64,000 bases of DNA, taken from an uncultured Bacteroidales bacterium (GTDB taxonomy: Bacteria; Bacteroidota; Bacteroidia; Bacteroidales; FEN-979). Position numbers and translations under genes: made by a program. Each line of letters opens with the position of its first letter. Positions within the stretch are counted from its first letter, which is position 1. The stretch is from assembly GCA_903824935.1 (NCBI GenBank), contig CAIJYT010000092.1, forward strand, positions 13,119 to 77,118, written 5' to 3'. Below the pieces are notes generated by a model. It had not been told where the DNA came from. It worked only from the letters and a program-made list of their open reading frames with translations, and did no database searches. Shown here piece by piece: positions 50,975 through 60,294 of the stretch.

Positions 50975-51557
50975 GATACGTTTTTTCGACATAGTATTTT
51001 CACTCTTTGGGCTGATCATCTGCTTTCCCTTATTCATTATCATCGCTTTATTCATTACCCTTGATTCAAAGGGAGGTGTATTTTACACCCAAACCCGCGT
51101 GGGTAAAGGCAATAAGGATTTCAGGCTTCTCAAGTTTAGATCTATGAGGACCGAGAGCGACAAAAAGATCGGGCTCACCATCGGCAGCCGCGACAGCAGG
51201 ATTACCAGAGTGGGATATTATTTACGCAGGCTTAAGCTTGACGAACTTCCTCAGCTTTTCAATGTGTTGAAAGGCGAAATGAGCCTGGTAGGTCCCCGGC
51301 CTGAGATAAGGAAGTATGTCGACCTTTATTCTGATGAACAAAGGAGAGTGCTGAAAGTAAAGCCCGGTATCACCGATTATGCCTCGCTGGAATATATCAA
51401 CGAGAACGAGATCCTCGGGAAATCATCACATCCCGAAAAGGATTATATTGAAAGTATCATGCCGGCTAAAATTACCCTGAATATGAAGTTCATCAATAAT
51501 CCCAGCCTTTCAAACTATTTCAGGGTCCTTTTATTGACAATTAATAAAATATTCTGA
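50973..51557 (+). CDS. Bacterial sugar transferase (initiating phosphoglycosyl transferase)
   Basis: RFFDI, KFRSM, LDELPQL, MSLVGPRP and KPGIT motifs. Confidence 0.93.
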   Translation: MIRFFDIVFSLFGLIICFPLFIIIALFITLDSKGGVFYTQTRVGKGNKDFRLLKFRSMRTESDKKIGLTIGSRDSRITRVGYYLRRLKLDELPQLFNVLKGEMSLVGPRPEIRKYVDLYSDEQRRVLKVKPGITDYASLEYINENEILGKSSHPEKDYIESIMPAKITLNMKFINNPSLSNYFRVLLLTINKIF

Positions 51558-51579
51558 CCTGAGATCAGAACTAATCTGA

Positions 51580-52857
51580 TTATTTAGGGAGCAGTTGTGG
51601 TTCTGTCGTCCCGAGAAGAATGGATTCGGAAGAAGGTAAAGCCAATCCTGTATTTTCATTCCTTCCCTGGAGAATATACCTGGGCATGCTGTCGTTCACC
51701 TGATCAACCGCCTGCTTGCATAACTTTCCAATATCTCCTCCTTTGACCCTGTTCCATATCAGGCTCAGCCTGCTGCCGGTGAATTCGGTGAACATGGCAT
51801 AATCGCCATCGCTGTCGCCTGCCGTGAACAAGGGATCCCAGTTCTTCCCGGTTTCTGATTTTATTTTTTGGTTTACAGCCTCGACTTTACCGTGTTTGAA
51901 TGTTTTAACCCATCCTGCCTTGTATTCGGGGATGATCCTGCCGTCGCTCCCTGTCTCAAGATCCATCGCGATCACATGGTCGGCCGGCAGGTTGTAGCCG
52001 TAAGCCCCGACTCCCGAAAATGCTTCAACAACAGGTTTGTAACTTGCCGAAACAATAAAAACATCGATGCCGTTGCGTTGCAGGGCCGAGAAAAGGTCCT
52101 GTATCTCGGGGATCAAACGCAGCCCAGTCCGGTATGAGCAGGCAAGAATGCCCGACCTGGTTTTAAAGCCCGGCGGCGACTGAAGGGTTTCTTTGCCGAT
52201 ACGGTTGGCGAGTTCAAAGGAAACAGCCTCGCCGGCCATGAGTTTAACTTCCGAAGGGGTAAATCCGGAAAACAAATAGATCACCCAGGTCAGGGCGTAT
52301 TCCTCTCCTATTCCCTGGGTATCTCCATAACCTTCGAAGAGAAAAAGCAATTTAGCAATGAAATCCTGGTATTGAGGAGTATTGTGTATTTCTTCAAGGC
52401 TCTTTTTGCCCGCCATCCCCGAAAAATTATCATACAGGAAAGAATAGTCGTTGAAAAGATCCTGGTCAATGCCGGCAAGTTCAATTTTTTTATTGTCCTC
52501 CGTCAATTGCCTCACCCCCTTGATCTCGTCTTTCAGCAATCCCCTGAACTGCTCCTTGGTCATTTTATAACGCAGGTTGAACATCTGGTAGCGCATCAGG
52601 GCTTCTTCCACATCGAAATGGGCGCAGGTCTGATCCCAGTCAAACACAGCGTATGGGGCCTTGTTCTTATCATTATATTTGCCCCCCAGACCATAATCAT
52701 TTATGAATTTATTCAATACAGTGTAATTTCGTTCAGACCAGTTCAGCCTGTCGAGGGGCTTTGAAGTCGTATTTCCCTGTTTCGAATTATTGCAGGAAGT
52801 CAAAATCAGTCCCGACATCAGGACTGGCAGGAACCATTTTTTTATGTTCAATATCAT
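51580..52857 (-). CDS. HAD-superfamily phosphatase lipoprotein
   Basis: Lipobox LTSC; DWDQT (motif I), VSAS and AGDSDGD motifs. Confidence 0.82.
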   Translation of the reverse strand: MILNIKKWFLPVLMSGLILTSCNNSKQGNTTSKPLDRLNWSERNYTVLNKFINDYGLGGKYNDKNKAPYAVFDWDQTCAHFDVEEALMRYQMFNLRYKMTKEQFRGLLKDEIKGVRQLTEDNKKIELAGIDQDLFNDYSFLYDNFSGMAGKKSLEEIHNTPQYQDFIAKLLFLFEGYGDTQGIGEEYALTWVIYLFSGFTPSEVKLMAGEAVSFELANRIGKETLQSPPGFKTRSGILACSYRTGLRLIPEIQDLFSALQRNGIDVFIVSASYKPVVEAFSGVGAYGYNLPADHVIAMDLETGSDGRIIPEYKAGWVKTFKHGKVEAVNQKIKSETGKNWDPLFTAGDSDGDYAMFTEFTGSRLSLIWNRVKGGDIGKLCKQAVDQVNDSMPRYILQGRNENTGLALPSSESILLGTTEPQLLPK

Positions 52858-53032
52858 AGCGTTGATTTTTCAGAAAGACCTGGTCAGCTTAGTTATTAAC
52901 ATCTGATATATATCCCTTTACAAGCCCCTAACCAGGTTTTCAACTTCCTGTTGTATAGATTATATCTCGTGAGATTCAAAAATAAGTATTATTCCCGTTC
53001 TTCTATTCCGAAATTATTTCAATCTTTGTTCC

Positions 53033-54298
53033 ATGAACATAGAGATCATCAACATAGGTGACGAACTCCTGATAGGTCAGGTCGTTAACACCAATGCATC
53101 CTGGATGGGAGAACAGCTTAGTCTTGCCGGGTTTAAGGTGCATCAGTTTACAATTATAGGGGATACCCGGGAGCACATCCTGGAAGCCTTGTGGAGAGCC
53201 GGTGAACGCAGCGAAGTAGTGCTTATTTCAGGTGGCATTGGTCCTACAAAAGATGACATCACCAAAACGACCTTATGCGATTTCTTCGGGACCAGGCTGG
53301 TTTTCAATGAGGAAGCTTATAAGGATGTTGAAGCGCTTTTTGCCCGCCGCGGATACGCGGTCACCGAGTTGAACAGGCAGCAGGCATACATGCCCGAAGA
53401 ATGCTTGAGCATTGTCAATAATTTCGGGACTGCCAGGGGGATGTGGTTTGAAAAGGATATCCCGGTTCCGGGCAGGCAGGGAAAGACCATCTATGTTTCC
53501 ATGCCGGGCGTTCCTTTTGAGATGCAGGCTATGATGAAAGATTACATCATACCCGAATTAACAACGAGGTTCCATCCGAATTCAATATACCATAAAACTA
53601 TCATGACACAAGGGATAGGGGAATCTTTTCTTGCCCAGATCATTGAAGAATGGGAGAATAACCTTCCCCAGTCCATTAAGCTGGCATACCTGCCTCAGCC
53701 CGGGATGGTCCGCTTGCGGCTTAGCGGCACCGGAGATGACGAGACTTCAGTTCATGCCCTTGTTGAAGAGGAAGCAAACAAACTGTCTTTATTGATTCCT
53801 GAATATATTTATGGTACTGATGATGACCGCCTTGAAGCCCTTGTCGGGAAACTTCTGAAGGAAAAGAACTGCAGCCTGGCCACCGCTGAAAGCTGCACGG
53901 GAGGCTATATTGCTCACCTGATCACCAGCGTTCCCGGGAGTTCGGCATACTTTAAAGGATCCATTATTGCCTATGACAATGATGTGAAAGAACAGATGCT
54001 GGGGGTAATGCCCGAGACATTGGAGGAATTCGGGGCCGTGAGTGCAGAAGTTGTTATCGAAATGGCTATCGGGGCACAATCCAATCTCAATGTTGACTAC
54101 GTGATCTCCATTTCCGGCATTGCCGGACCTGAAGGCGGGACCAAAGACAAACCGGTGGGGACGACCTGGATAGCCATTGCCACACCCGAAGAAGTTTTTT
54201 CAAAACAATATCTTTTTGGCGACAGCCGCGACCGCAATATCCGTCGTGCCGCCCTTCAGGCATTGAATCTGCTTCGAAAGAACCTTCTTAGCCATTGA
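53033..54298 (+). CDS. cinA: Competence/damage-inducible protein CinA (with PncC domain)
   Basis: GDELLIGQVVNTN, GGIGPTKDD, PGVP, AESCTGG and GIAGP motifs. Confidence 0.95.
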   Translation: MNIEIINIGDELLIGQVVNTNASWMGEQLSLAGFKVHQFTIIGDTREHILEALWRAGERSEVVLISGGIGPTKDDITKTTLCDFFGTRLVFNEEAYKDVEALFARRGYAVTELNRQQAYMPEECLSIVNNFGTARGMWFEKDIPVPGRQGKTIYVSMPGVPFEMQAMMKDYIIPELTTRFHPNSIYHKTIMTQGIGESFLAQIIEEWENNLPQSIKLAYLPQPGMVRLRLSGTGDDETSVHALVEEEANKLSLLIPEYIYGTDDDRLEALVGKLLKEKNCSLATAESCTGGYIAHLITSVPGSSAYFKGSIIAYDNDVKEQMLGVMPETLEEFGAVSAEVVIEMAIGAQSNLNVDYVISISGIAGPEGGTKDKPVGTTWIAIATPEEVFSKQYLFGDSRDRNIRRAALQALNLLRKNLLSH

Positions 54299-54321
54299 CT
54301 GCCGACTGCCGACTGCTGACT
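54296..54321 (+). repeat. Heptamer tandem repeats (GACTGCY), single arm
   Basis: tgactgc cgactgc cgactgc tgact, beginning in the cinA TGA; same family as 2655 and 9098. Confidence 0.75.
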
Positions 54322-54338
54322 AAATAATTCCTCCTACC

Positions 54339-54370
54339 TTTGGCGGATTCAAAAAGTATTCCTACCTTTG
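54339..54370 (+). promoter_or_regulatory. Canonical Bacteroidota -33/-7 promoter of rpmB
   Basis: TTTG (54339-54342), 20-nt spacer, TACCTTTG (54363-54370). Confidence 0.75.
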
Positions 54371-54404
54371 CACTCCCATTTTAAAATATAATACCATTCA
54401 AGCC

Positions 54405-54644
54405 ATGGCAAGGATTTGTGAAATAACGGGTAAAAGCTCAATGAGAGGGAACAAGGTTTCTCATTCAAATCATAAGACAAAACGCGTATTCAGCGCGAAT
54501 CTTCAGACTAAGAAGTTTTTTATTCCTGAAGAAAATAAAGAAATTACAATCAGGGTTTCGGCTGAAGGTATCAGGCACATCAACAAAAATGGTGTCTACG
54601 CAACTATCAAGAAAGCAAGAGAAAAAGGTTATTTATCTAAATAA
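54405..54644 (+). CDS. rpmB: 50S ribosomal protein L28
   Basis: MARICEITGK..GNKVSHSNHKTKR.F..NLQ motif. Confidence 0.97.
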   Translation: MARICEITGKSSMRGNKVSHSNHKTKRVFSANLQTKKFFIPEENKEITIRVSAEGIRHINKNGVYATIKKAREKGYLSK

Positions 54645-54659
54645 GTATTTTTACAGGCT

Positions 54660-54702
54660 GAAAAAGGCTGACGCATTAACCATGCGCCAGCCTTTTTCTT
54701 TT
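54660..54702 (+). terminator. Intrinsic terminator after rpmB
   Basis: GAAAAAGGCTGACGCAT-loop-ATGCGCCAGCCTTTTTC followed by Ts. Confidence 0.8.
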
Positions 54703-54776
54703 AAATCACCGGATCCTGGCGGAAATAAATTACAGGAATCCTCGTTATCTTTATCACCCGTATCTGTTACCTGCGC

Positions 54777-55463
54777 ATGACTTTAAGGAAATTTATTCTT
54801 GCTATTACCTTCGCTTTAATTTGCAGCGTTAACGGGCTTTACGCGCAGGAGAAACCAGCTGATGAGAAAAAAAATTCCGACGAAAGGCTGGTACAGTTTT
54901 CGGGGATAACCATCACCGCCGACAGTCTTAATCCTGTTCCCTATACTAAAATACTGGTAAAGAACACCAACTACGGCACATCCAGCGATGTTTACGGGTT
55001 CTTCTCTTTCGTTGCACACCAGAGGGACACAGTTCTTTTCACCGCCATCGGTTTCAGGCCTGCTTCCTTTATTATCCCCGACACCATAACCCAGAAAAAA
55101 TATTCCCTTCTCCAGCTGATGACGAACGACACCCTCACCCTTCCGGCTGCCATCATATTCCCCTGGCCCACCCTGGATGATTTTAAACGTGCCTTCATCG
55201 AGACCAAGATACCTGATGACGAATATGAGATTGCCAGGAAAAACCTTGACGTTTACAATCTGAGGCTGGCTGCCCTGGATTATCCCATGGATGCCCGTAT
55301 GAATTACAACAACTATATCGAAAACACCACCTCCAGGCTATACTATTTCGGGCAGCAGCAACCATTCAACATTTTCAATCCTTTCGCCTGGGCCCAGTTC
55401 GTAAAAGCCTGGAAAGACGGGAAATTCAAAAAGAAGGAAGAACGGCTCAAAGAACAGCAATGA
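54777..55463 (+). CDS. Exported carboxypeptidase-regulatory-like domain protein
   Basis: Signal peptide; VQFSG...GTSSDVYGFFS...DTVLFTAIGF pattern. Confidence 0.8.
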   Translation: MTLRKFILAITFALICSVNGLYAQEKPADEKKNSDERLVQFSGITITADSLNPVPYTKILVKNTNYGTSSDVYGFFSFVAHQRDTVLFTAIGFRPASFIIPDTITQKKYSLLQLMTNDTLTLPAAIIFPWPTLDDFKRAFIETKIPDDEYEIARKNLDVYNLRLAALDYPMDARMNYNNYIENTTSRLYYFGQQQPFNIFNPFAWAQFVKAWKDGKFKKKEERLKEQQ

Positions 55464-57883
55464 CGGCTTTAAGCAGGCTTCTCACCGGTTTTCTGCTGCT
55501 TTTCTGTGCCACAGTCATGGCGCAGGAAGCGAAGGTGCATGGTTATTTGAATGATAGTGAAGGCAAGCCCCTGGAATTTGCGAATATAGCTGTTAAAGGC
55601 ACGACCACAGGGACATCGACATCCAAAGACGGCTCATATGAACTGAGTGTTCCTTCCGGGAAGGATATTGTTTTGTTATTCTCCAGCGTAGGATTTGCCA
55701 CTGATTCCATCAGGGTGAACCTGAAAAAAGGGGAGAAAAGACTGCTCAGCCGGCAACTTAAGCCAAGCGCCACCCAGCTTTCGACGATTGAAGTCAAAGA
55801 CCAGCAACTGAGGACCAACACCTTCAGCAGGCTTGACCCCAAGGCAATTTCCTATATTCCCACCATCAATGCCAGCGTGGAAGACCTTATAAAAACTATG
55901 CCGGGTGTGAGTTCACGGAATGAACTTAGTTCCCAGTATTCAGTCCGTGGTGGTAATTTCGACGAGAACCTGGTGTTCGTGAATGATATTGAGATCTACC
56001 GTCCATACCTTGTAAGGGCAGGGCAGCAGGAAGGCCAGAGTTTCCTGAACCCCGACCTGGTTTCAGGGATCAGTTTTTCGGCTGGGGGATTTGACGCAAA
56101 ATACGGGGATAAGATGTCGAGTGTCCTGGATGTAAAATACAAGAAACCCACGCAGTTTGCAGCTTCATTCGAAGCGAGTCTCCTTGGGGCAACTGCCCAT
56201 GCAGAAGGGAAAATAACAAGAAAACTGGCCTACCTTTTTGGTGTGAGGTATAAGACCAACACCTACCTGCTGAATTCCCTTGATACCAAAGGGAATTATA
56301 AACCCAGGTTTTTCGATGTACAGGGCATGCTGTACTATGATTTCAGCAGTAAATGGGAATTATCGGTATTTGGGAGTTACACCGCAAATGCATTTAAACT
56401 CATCCCGCAGAGCCAGACCACCACCTTCGGAAGCGACGCGGTGACAGCATACCAGGTGAAGATCTTTTTTGACGGGCAGGAGAACGACCATTATGAGAAC
56501 TGGCTGGCTGCAGCTACCCTGACCTTTAAACCAAACGACCATCTGCGGCTGAAGCTCATGGGATCGGCCTACCAGACCTGGGAAGCCCAGACCTATGATA
56601 TATCCGGAGAGTACTGGCTCGGCCAGGTTGAACTTACCGGTAAGGATGCCGGGAACCTGATACAGCTTCTTGGCGTTGGCGCTTACCTGGACCATGCCAG
56701 GGATTACCTTGACGGCACTGTTTACAACATAGAACACCGGGGGTCTTATGAGCAAGGCAGGAGCCAGATGCTCTGGGGCATAAAATACCAGCATGACTTG
56801 TTCAGTTATACCATGAATGAGTGGCAGATGCTTGATTCGGCCGGTTACTCCTTACCCCGCCCCCATGATTCACTCGGGAAAAACCCTCCTCCGCATGGAG
56901 ATTTCTATCTTTCCGACGTGCTGAAAGCCACGGGAGGTATGAGCACCAACAAGGGAGATGCTTTTATCCAGAACACATGGACTTTCAAAAATCAAAAGAA
57001 TGATATCGGGCTCACTGCCGGGGCAAGGTTCATTTATTCAGATTATAATGGCCAGTTCCTGTTCAACCCCCGGGCCAATTTTTCGTTCAAGCCGCACTGG
57101 AAAAAAGAGATGGTTTTCAGAATTTCGGGGGGAGTTTATTCCCAGCCTCCAACCTTCAGGGAAATGACAGACCTCCAGGGCCTTATTGTTCCCGGGCTTA
57201 AAGCTCAAACCTCTTACCAGGGCGTGGCCGGCAGCGATCTCTACTTCAGCATGTGGCACAGGCCGTTCAAACTCGTTGCCGAAGTGTACTACAAGTACAT
57301 TCAGGATCTTATACCTTACGAGATAGACAACCTCAGGATCAGGTATTACGGCACAAACGACGCCCATGGCTATGCCGGGGGCATTGATTTCAGGATCAAC
57401 GGCGAATTTGTCAAAGGGGCCGAATCCTGGGCCAGCCTTTCACTGATGCGCACCGAGGAATATTTCCAGGGCCACTGGGTCCCTCGCCCCACTGATCAGA
57501 GGTTCAATCTTTCAATCTTTTTCCAGGACTATATCCCCGGCTTTCCAACCTGGAAGGTTGCTATCACCCTGGTCTACGGCAGCGGTCTGCCTTACGGGGC
57601 GCCTGATTCACCAAGGTACGCCCAGACATACAGGATGCCTCCCTACCGTAGGGTCGATATTGGCCTCTCAAAACAACTGATTGGTGAATACACACACTTT
57701 TCAGGGAAAAATCCACTCCGGGCATTCAAATCCCTGTGGATAGGACTCGATGTATTCAACCTCTTCGACTTTGCAAACACCGTCTCTTACCAATGGATCA
57801 CCGACGTGCAAGGCAGGCAGTACAACGTTCCCAACTACCTCACCCCGAGGTTGTTTAACCTGAAACTGGTGGCAGCATTTTAA
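55460..57883 (+). CDS. TonB-dependent receptor
   Basis: N-terminal extension domain; plug MPGV..VRGG..ENLVFVND; C-terminal PR..NLKLVAAF. Confidence 0.88.
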   Translation: MTALSRLLTGFLLLFCATVMAQEAKVHGYLNDSEGKPLEFANIAVKGTTTGTSTSKDGSYELSVPSGKDIVLLFSSVGFATDSIRVNLKKGEKRLLSRQLKPSATQLSTIEVKDQQLRTNTFSRLDPKAISYIPTINASVEDLIKTMPGVSSRNELSSQYSVRGGNFDENLVFVNDIEIYRPYLVRAGQQEGQSFLNPDLVSGISFSAGGFDAKYGDKMSSVLDVKYKKPTQFAASFEASLLGATAHAEGKITRKLAYLFGVRYKTNTYLLNSLDTKGNYKPRFFDVQGMLYYDFSSKWELSVFGSYTANAFKLIPQSQTTTFGSDAVTAYQVKIFFDGQENDHYENWLAAATLTFKPNDHLRLKLMGSAYQTWEAQTYDISGEYWLGQVELTGKDAGNLIQLLGVGAYLDHARDYLDGTVYNIEHRGSYEQGRSQMLWGIKYQHDLFSYTMNEWQMLDSAGYSLPRPHDSLGKNPPPHGDFYLSDVLKATGGMSTNKGDAFIQNTWTFKNQKNDIGLTAGARFIYSDYNGQFLFNPRANFSFKPHWKKEMVFRISGGVYSQPPTFREMTDLQGLIVPGLKAQTSYQGVAGSDLYFSMWHRPFKLVAEVYYKYIQDLIPYEIDNLRIRYYGTNDAHGYAGGIDFRINGEFVKGAESWASLSLMRTEEYFQGHWVPRPTDQRFNLSIFFQDYIPGFPTWKVAITLVYGSGLPYGAPDSPRYAQTYRMPPYRRVDIGLSKQLIGEYTHFSGKNPLRAFKSLWIGLDVFNLFDFANTVSYQWITDVQGRQYNVPNYLTPRLFNLKLVAAF

Positions 57884-57971
57884 GTAGCGAAATAGTGAAA
57901 TAGCGAAATAGCGAAATAAAGTATAAAGCGGTCTATGTATTTTCGCTACTTCGCTACCTAGCTACTTCGCT
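57882..57971. repeat. TAGCGARR octamer inverted element
   Basis: 4 forward units starting at the receptor stop, ~21-nt spacer, then 4 reverse units; between convergent genes. Confidence 0.88.
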
Positions 57972-57980
57972 TTTTTGCTT

Positions 57981-59204
57981 TTATTCCAACTCCTTGATCG
58001 ACTCTTTTATGATCGCAACTGCTTCGCGGATCTGGGCTTCATTGATCACCAGTGGAGGTGCAAAACGGATGATGTGGTCGTGTGTGGGCTTTGCAAGCAA
58101 TCCGTTATCACGCATTTTGAGGCAGACATCCCATGCGCTTTTGCCGTTATGAGGTTTGATCACGATGGCATTAAGCAAGCCCTTACCGCGGACCAACTCG
58201 ATGAAGGGTGAGTTGATAGCCGACACTTCCGAACGGAAAATCTCTCCCATTTTCTGGGCATTTTCGGCCAGCTTTTCATCCCTTACCACTTCAAGGGCTG
58301 CAATTGCAACGCGGGCGGCTACGGGATTCCCTCCGAAAGTGGATCCGTGTTCTCCCGGATGAATGGTAAGCATGATATGGTCATCGGCAAGCACTGCTGA
58401 GATAGGAAGCACGCCGCCTGACAATGCTTTTCCAAGTATGAGCACATCGGGTTTGAAGCCTTCCCAGTCACATGCCAGGAGCTTTCCTGTACGTGCAATC
58501 CCGGTCTGTACCTCATCGGCAATGAACAAAACATTCTTTGCCTTGCACATTTCGTAAGCCTTTTTAAGATATCCTTCCTGCGGCACGTAAACCCCGGCCT
58601 CACCCTGTATGGGCTCAACAAGGAAACCCGCTACCGTCGGGTCCTGCAGGGCTTTTTCGAGAGCCGGCAGGTCGTTATAAGGAATAATGACAAAACCTGG
58701 GGTGAAGGGCCCGAAATCATCCCTTGCCTGCGGGTCGGTCGACATGGAAATCACAGATATCGTCCGTCCGTGAAAATTATTTTCACAGCAGATGATCTTG
58801 GCCTGGTTTTCAGGAACTCCTTTGACCTTGTATGCCCATTTGCGGGTAAGCTTCAGGGCGGTTTCATCGCCTTCGGCCCCTGTATTCATAGGCAGTACGC
58901 GTTCGTAGCCGAAATATTCGGTGATGAATTTTTCATATACCCCAAGCACGTTGTTGTAAAATGCGCGGGAAGTAAGTTCCAGTTTCTGTACTTGGTCTAT
59001 CAAGGCTTTCGTGATCTTCGGATGGCAATGTCCCTGGTTCACGGCCGAGTATGCTGAAAGAAAATCGAAATAACGTTTTCCTTCAACATCCCACATGAAT
59101 ACGCCCTCGCCTTTTGCAAGCACCACGGGCAGCGGATGGTAGTTATGAGCCCCGTATTTATCCTCCAGCTCAATAGCTTCCTGTGATTTTTTTATTTCAG
59201 TCAT
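57981..59204 (-). CDS. rocD: Ornithine aminotransferase
   Basis: [42 protein letters not shown] and HGSTFGGNP motifs. Confidence 0.95.
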   Translation of the reverse strand: MTEIKKSQEAIELEDKYGAHNYHPLPVVLAKGEGVFMWDVEGKRYFDFLSAYSAVNQGHCHPKITKALIDQVQKLELTSRAFYNNVLGVYEKFITEYFGYERVLPMNTGAEGDETALKLTRKWAYKVKGVPENQAKIICCENNFHGRTISVISMSTDPQARDDFGPFTPGFVIIPYNDLPALEKALQDPTVAGFLVEPIQGEAGVYVPQEGYLKKAYEMCKAKNVLFIADEVQTGIARTGKLLACDWEGFKPDVLILGKALSGGVLPISAVLADDHIMLTIHPGEHGSTFGGNPVAARVAIAALEVVRDEKLAENAQKMGEIFRSEVSAINSPFIELVRGKGLLNAIVIKPHNGKSAWDVCLKMRDNGLLAKPTHDHIIRFAPPLVINEAQIREAVAIIKESIKELE

Positions 59205-59243
59205 ATGTCGTGTACTTTATATTATCCTCTATTTTTAATCAGT

Positions 59244-59296
59244 AAGTAGCGAAGTAGCGAAATTTTCACTTCTCGCTACCTCACAACCTCGCTACC
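59244..59296. repeat. TAGCGARR octamer inverted element (degenerate)
   Basis: aagtagcgaagtagcgaaat followed by ctcgctac ctcacaac ctcgctac. Confidence 0.75.
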
Positions 59297-59301
59297 TGTT
59301 C

Positions 59302-60264
59302 TTATCGGTTGACAATGAATGAGCCTGTTCCCAGTGAAGTATTGTCTTTGCTCATCCTGTAATAATACATTCCTGAAGGGAGTGAACTTATATCGATACG
59401 TGCGCTGACATCGCTCACCTGGTACTTTCCGACAAGGCGGCCCTGCAGGTTGTAAATTTCAAACCTCCCGTCCTGAACTGCTTTCTCGAGGGTAACATTG
59501 ATATGGTCCGAGGCAGGATTTGGGCTTACACTGAGTGTGAGGTTTTGGGTTAACATATTCTCAACACCCCAGGGGAAAACGCCGGTGAGTGTAACGTCAT
59601 CAAACAAGGCAGTGCTGCCGACAGTACCGACGGATCCGAACATGTTTGAAGCGCTGTAACCTGCGCAGGATAGCAGCAGCATGCAAATCGTGTCGGGCAT
59701 CGTTGTCGTGTTCCTGTAAATAATAGCAGTGTCAAATTTGGTCCAGGTTGAAATAGTTCCATGGAATACCAGCTTGTTATAGGCCAGGGTATCCCTTTTC
59801 TTAGTCGTAGGGTTCCACTTCGACAACCGGATTATAACGGCTGAAGAATCATTGTTAAGTGGGAATGACTGGTACCAACCCTGGAAACGCACGGGCTTGG
59901 TGGTCCACTTAAAGGGTACTCCCAGAATCGCTGAACTGGTTTGAAAATTGAGGCCGATATTCCCGACAACTCCGGGAATTATAATACTCAGGACGTCGAT
60001 CTTCCTGGTTACGCATCTTGCTGAATAGGTTCCTGAATGGGCTGTGTCGCAACGGTAAACTGTAATACCCGGGGGCGTGGGAATAGTGTCAAGGATATTC
60101 ATGGTTTTAAAGAAACCGCCGGTAGGTTCATAGAACGGGGCCGAAGCAACCGGAGTATATAACTTCCAGGTTTCGAAATCGCCGTCAGGTAAAATGTTCT
60201 GAGCTTTACTGATACTGCTGAATCCAAGAAAGGAAAGAGCTACAAGAAATACTAATTTTTTCAT
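59302..60264 (-). CDS. T9SS type A sorted protein with carbohydrate-binding-like (PCMD-like) domain
   Basis: Signal peptide; DGDFETW, AHSGTYSA, LFDDV; C-terminal VSPNP...IYNLQG...SGMYY. Confidence 0.8.
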   Translation of the reverse strand: MKKLVFLVALSFLGFSSISKAQNILPDGDFETWKLYTPVASAPFYEPTGGFFKTMNILDTIPTPPGITVYRCDTAHSGTYSARCVTRKIDVLSIIIPGVVGNIGLNFQTSSAILGVPFKWTTKPVRFQGWYQSFPLNNDSSAVIIRLSKWNPTTKKRDTLAYNKLVFHGTISTWTKFDTAIIYRNTTTMPDTICMLLLSCAGYSASNMFGSVGTVGSTALFDDVTLTGVFPWGVENMLTQNLTLSVSPNPASDHINVTLEKAVQDGRFEIYNLQGRLVGKYQVSDVSARIDISSLPSGMYYYRMSKDNTSLGTGSFIVNR

Positions 60265-60294
60265 ATCGTTTTTGTTGGTTTGTTTTGGGTTCTG

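Noticed and set aside
59202..59211. Identical ACGACATATG start context at rocD and the ferritin-like gene (22877-22886)
   Set aside because: Only 10 nt including the ATG; compatible with ordinary Bacteroidota initiation context or chance
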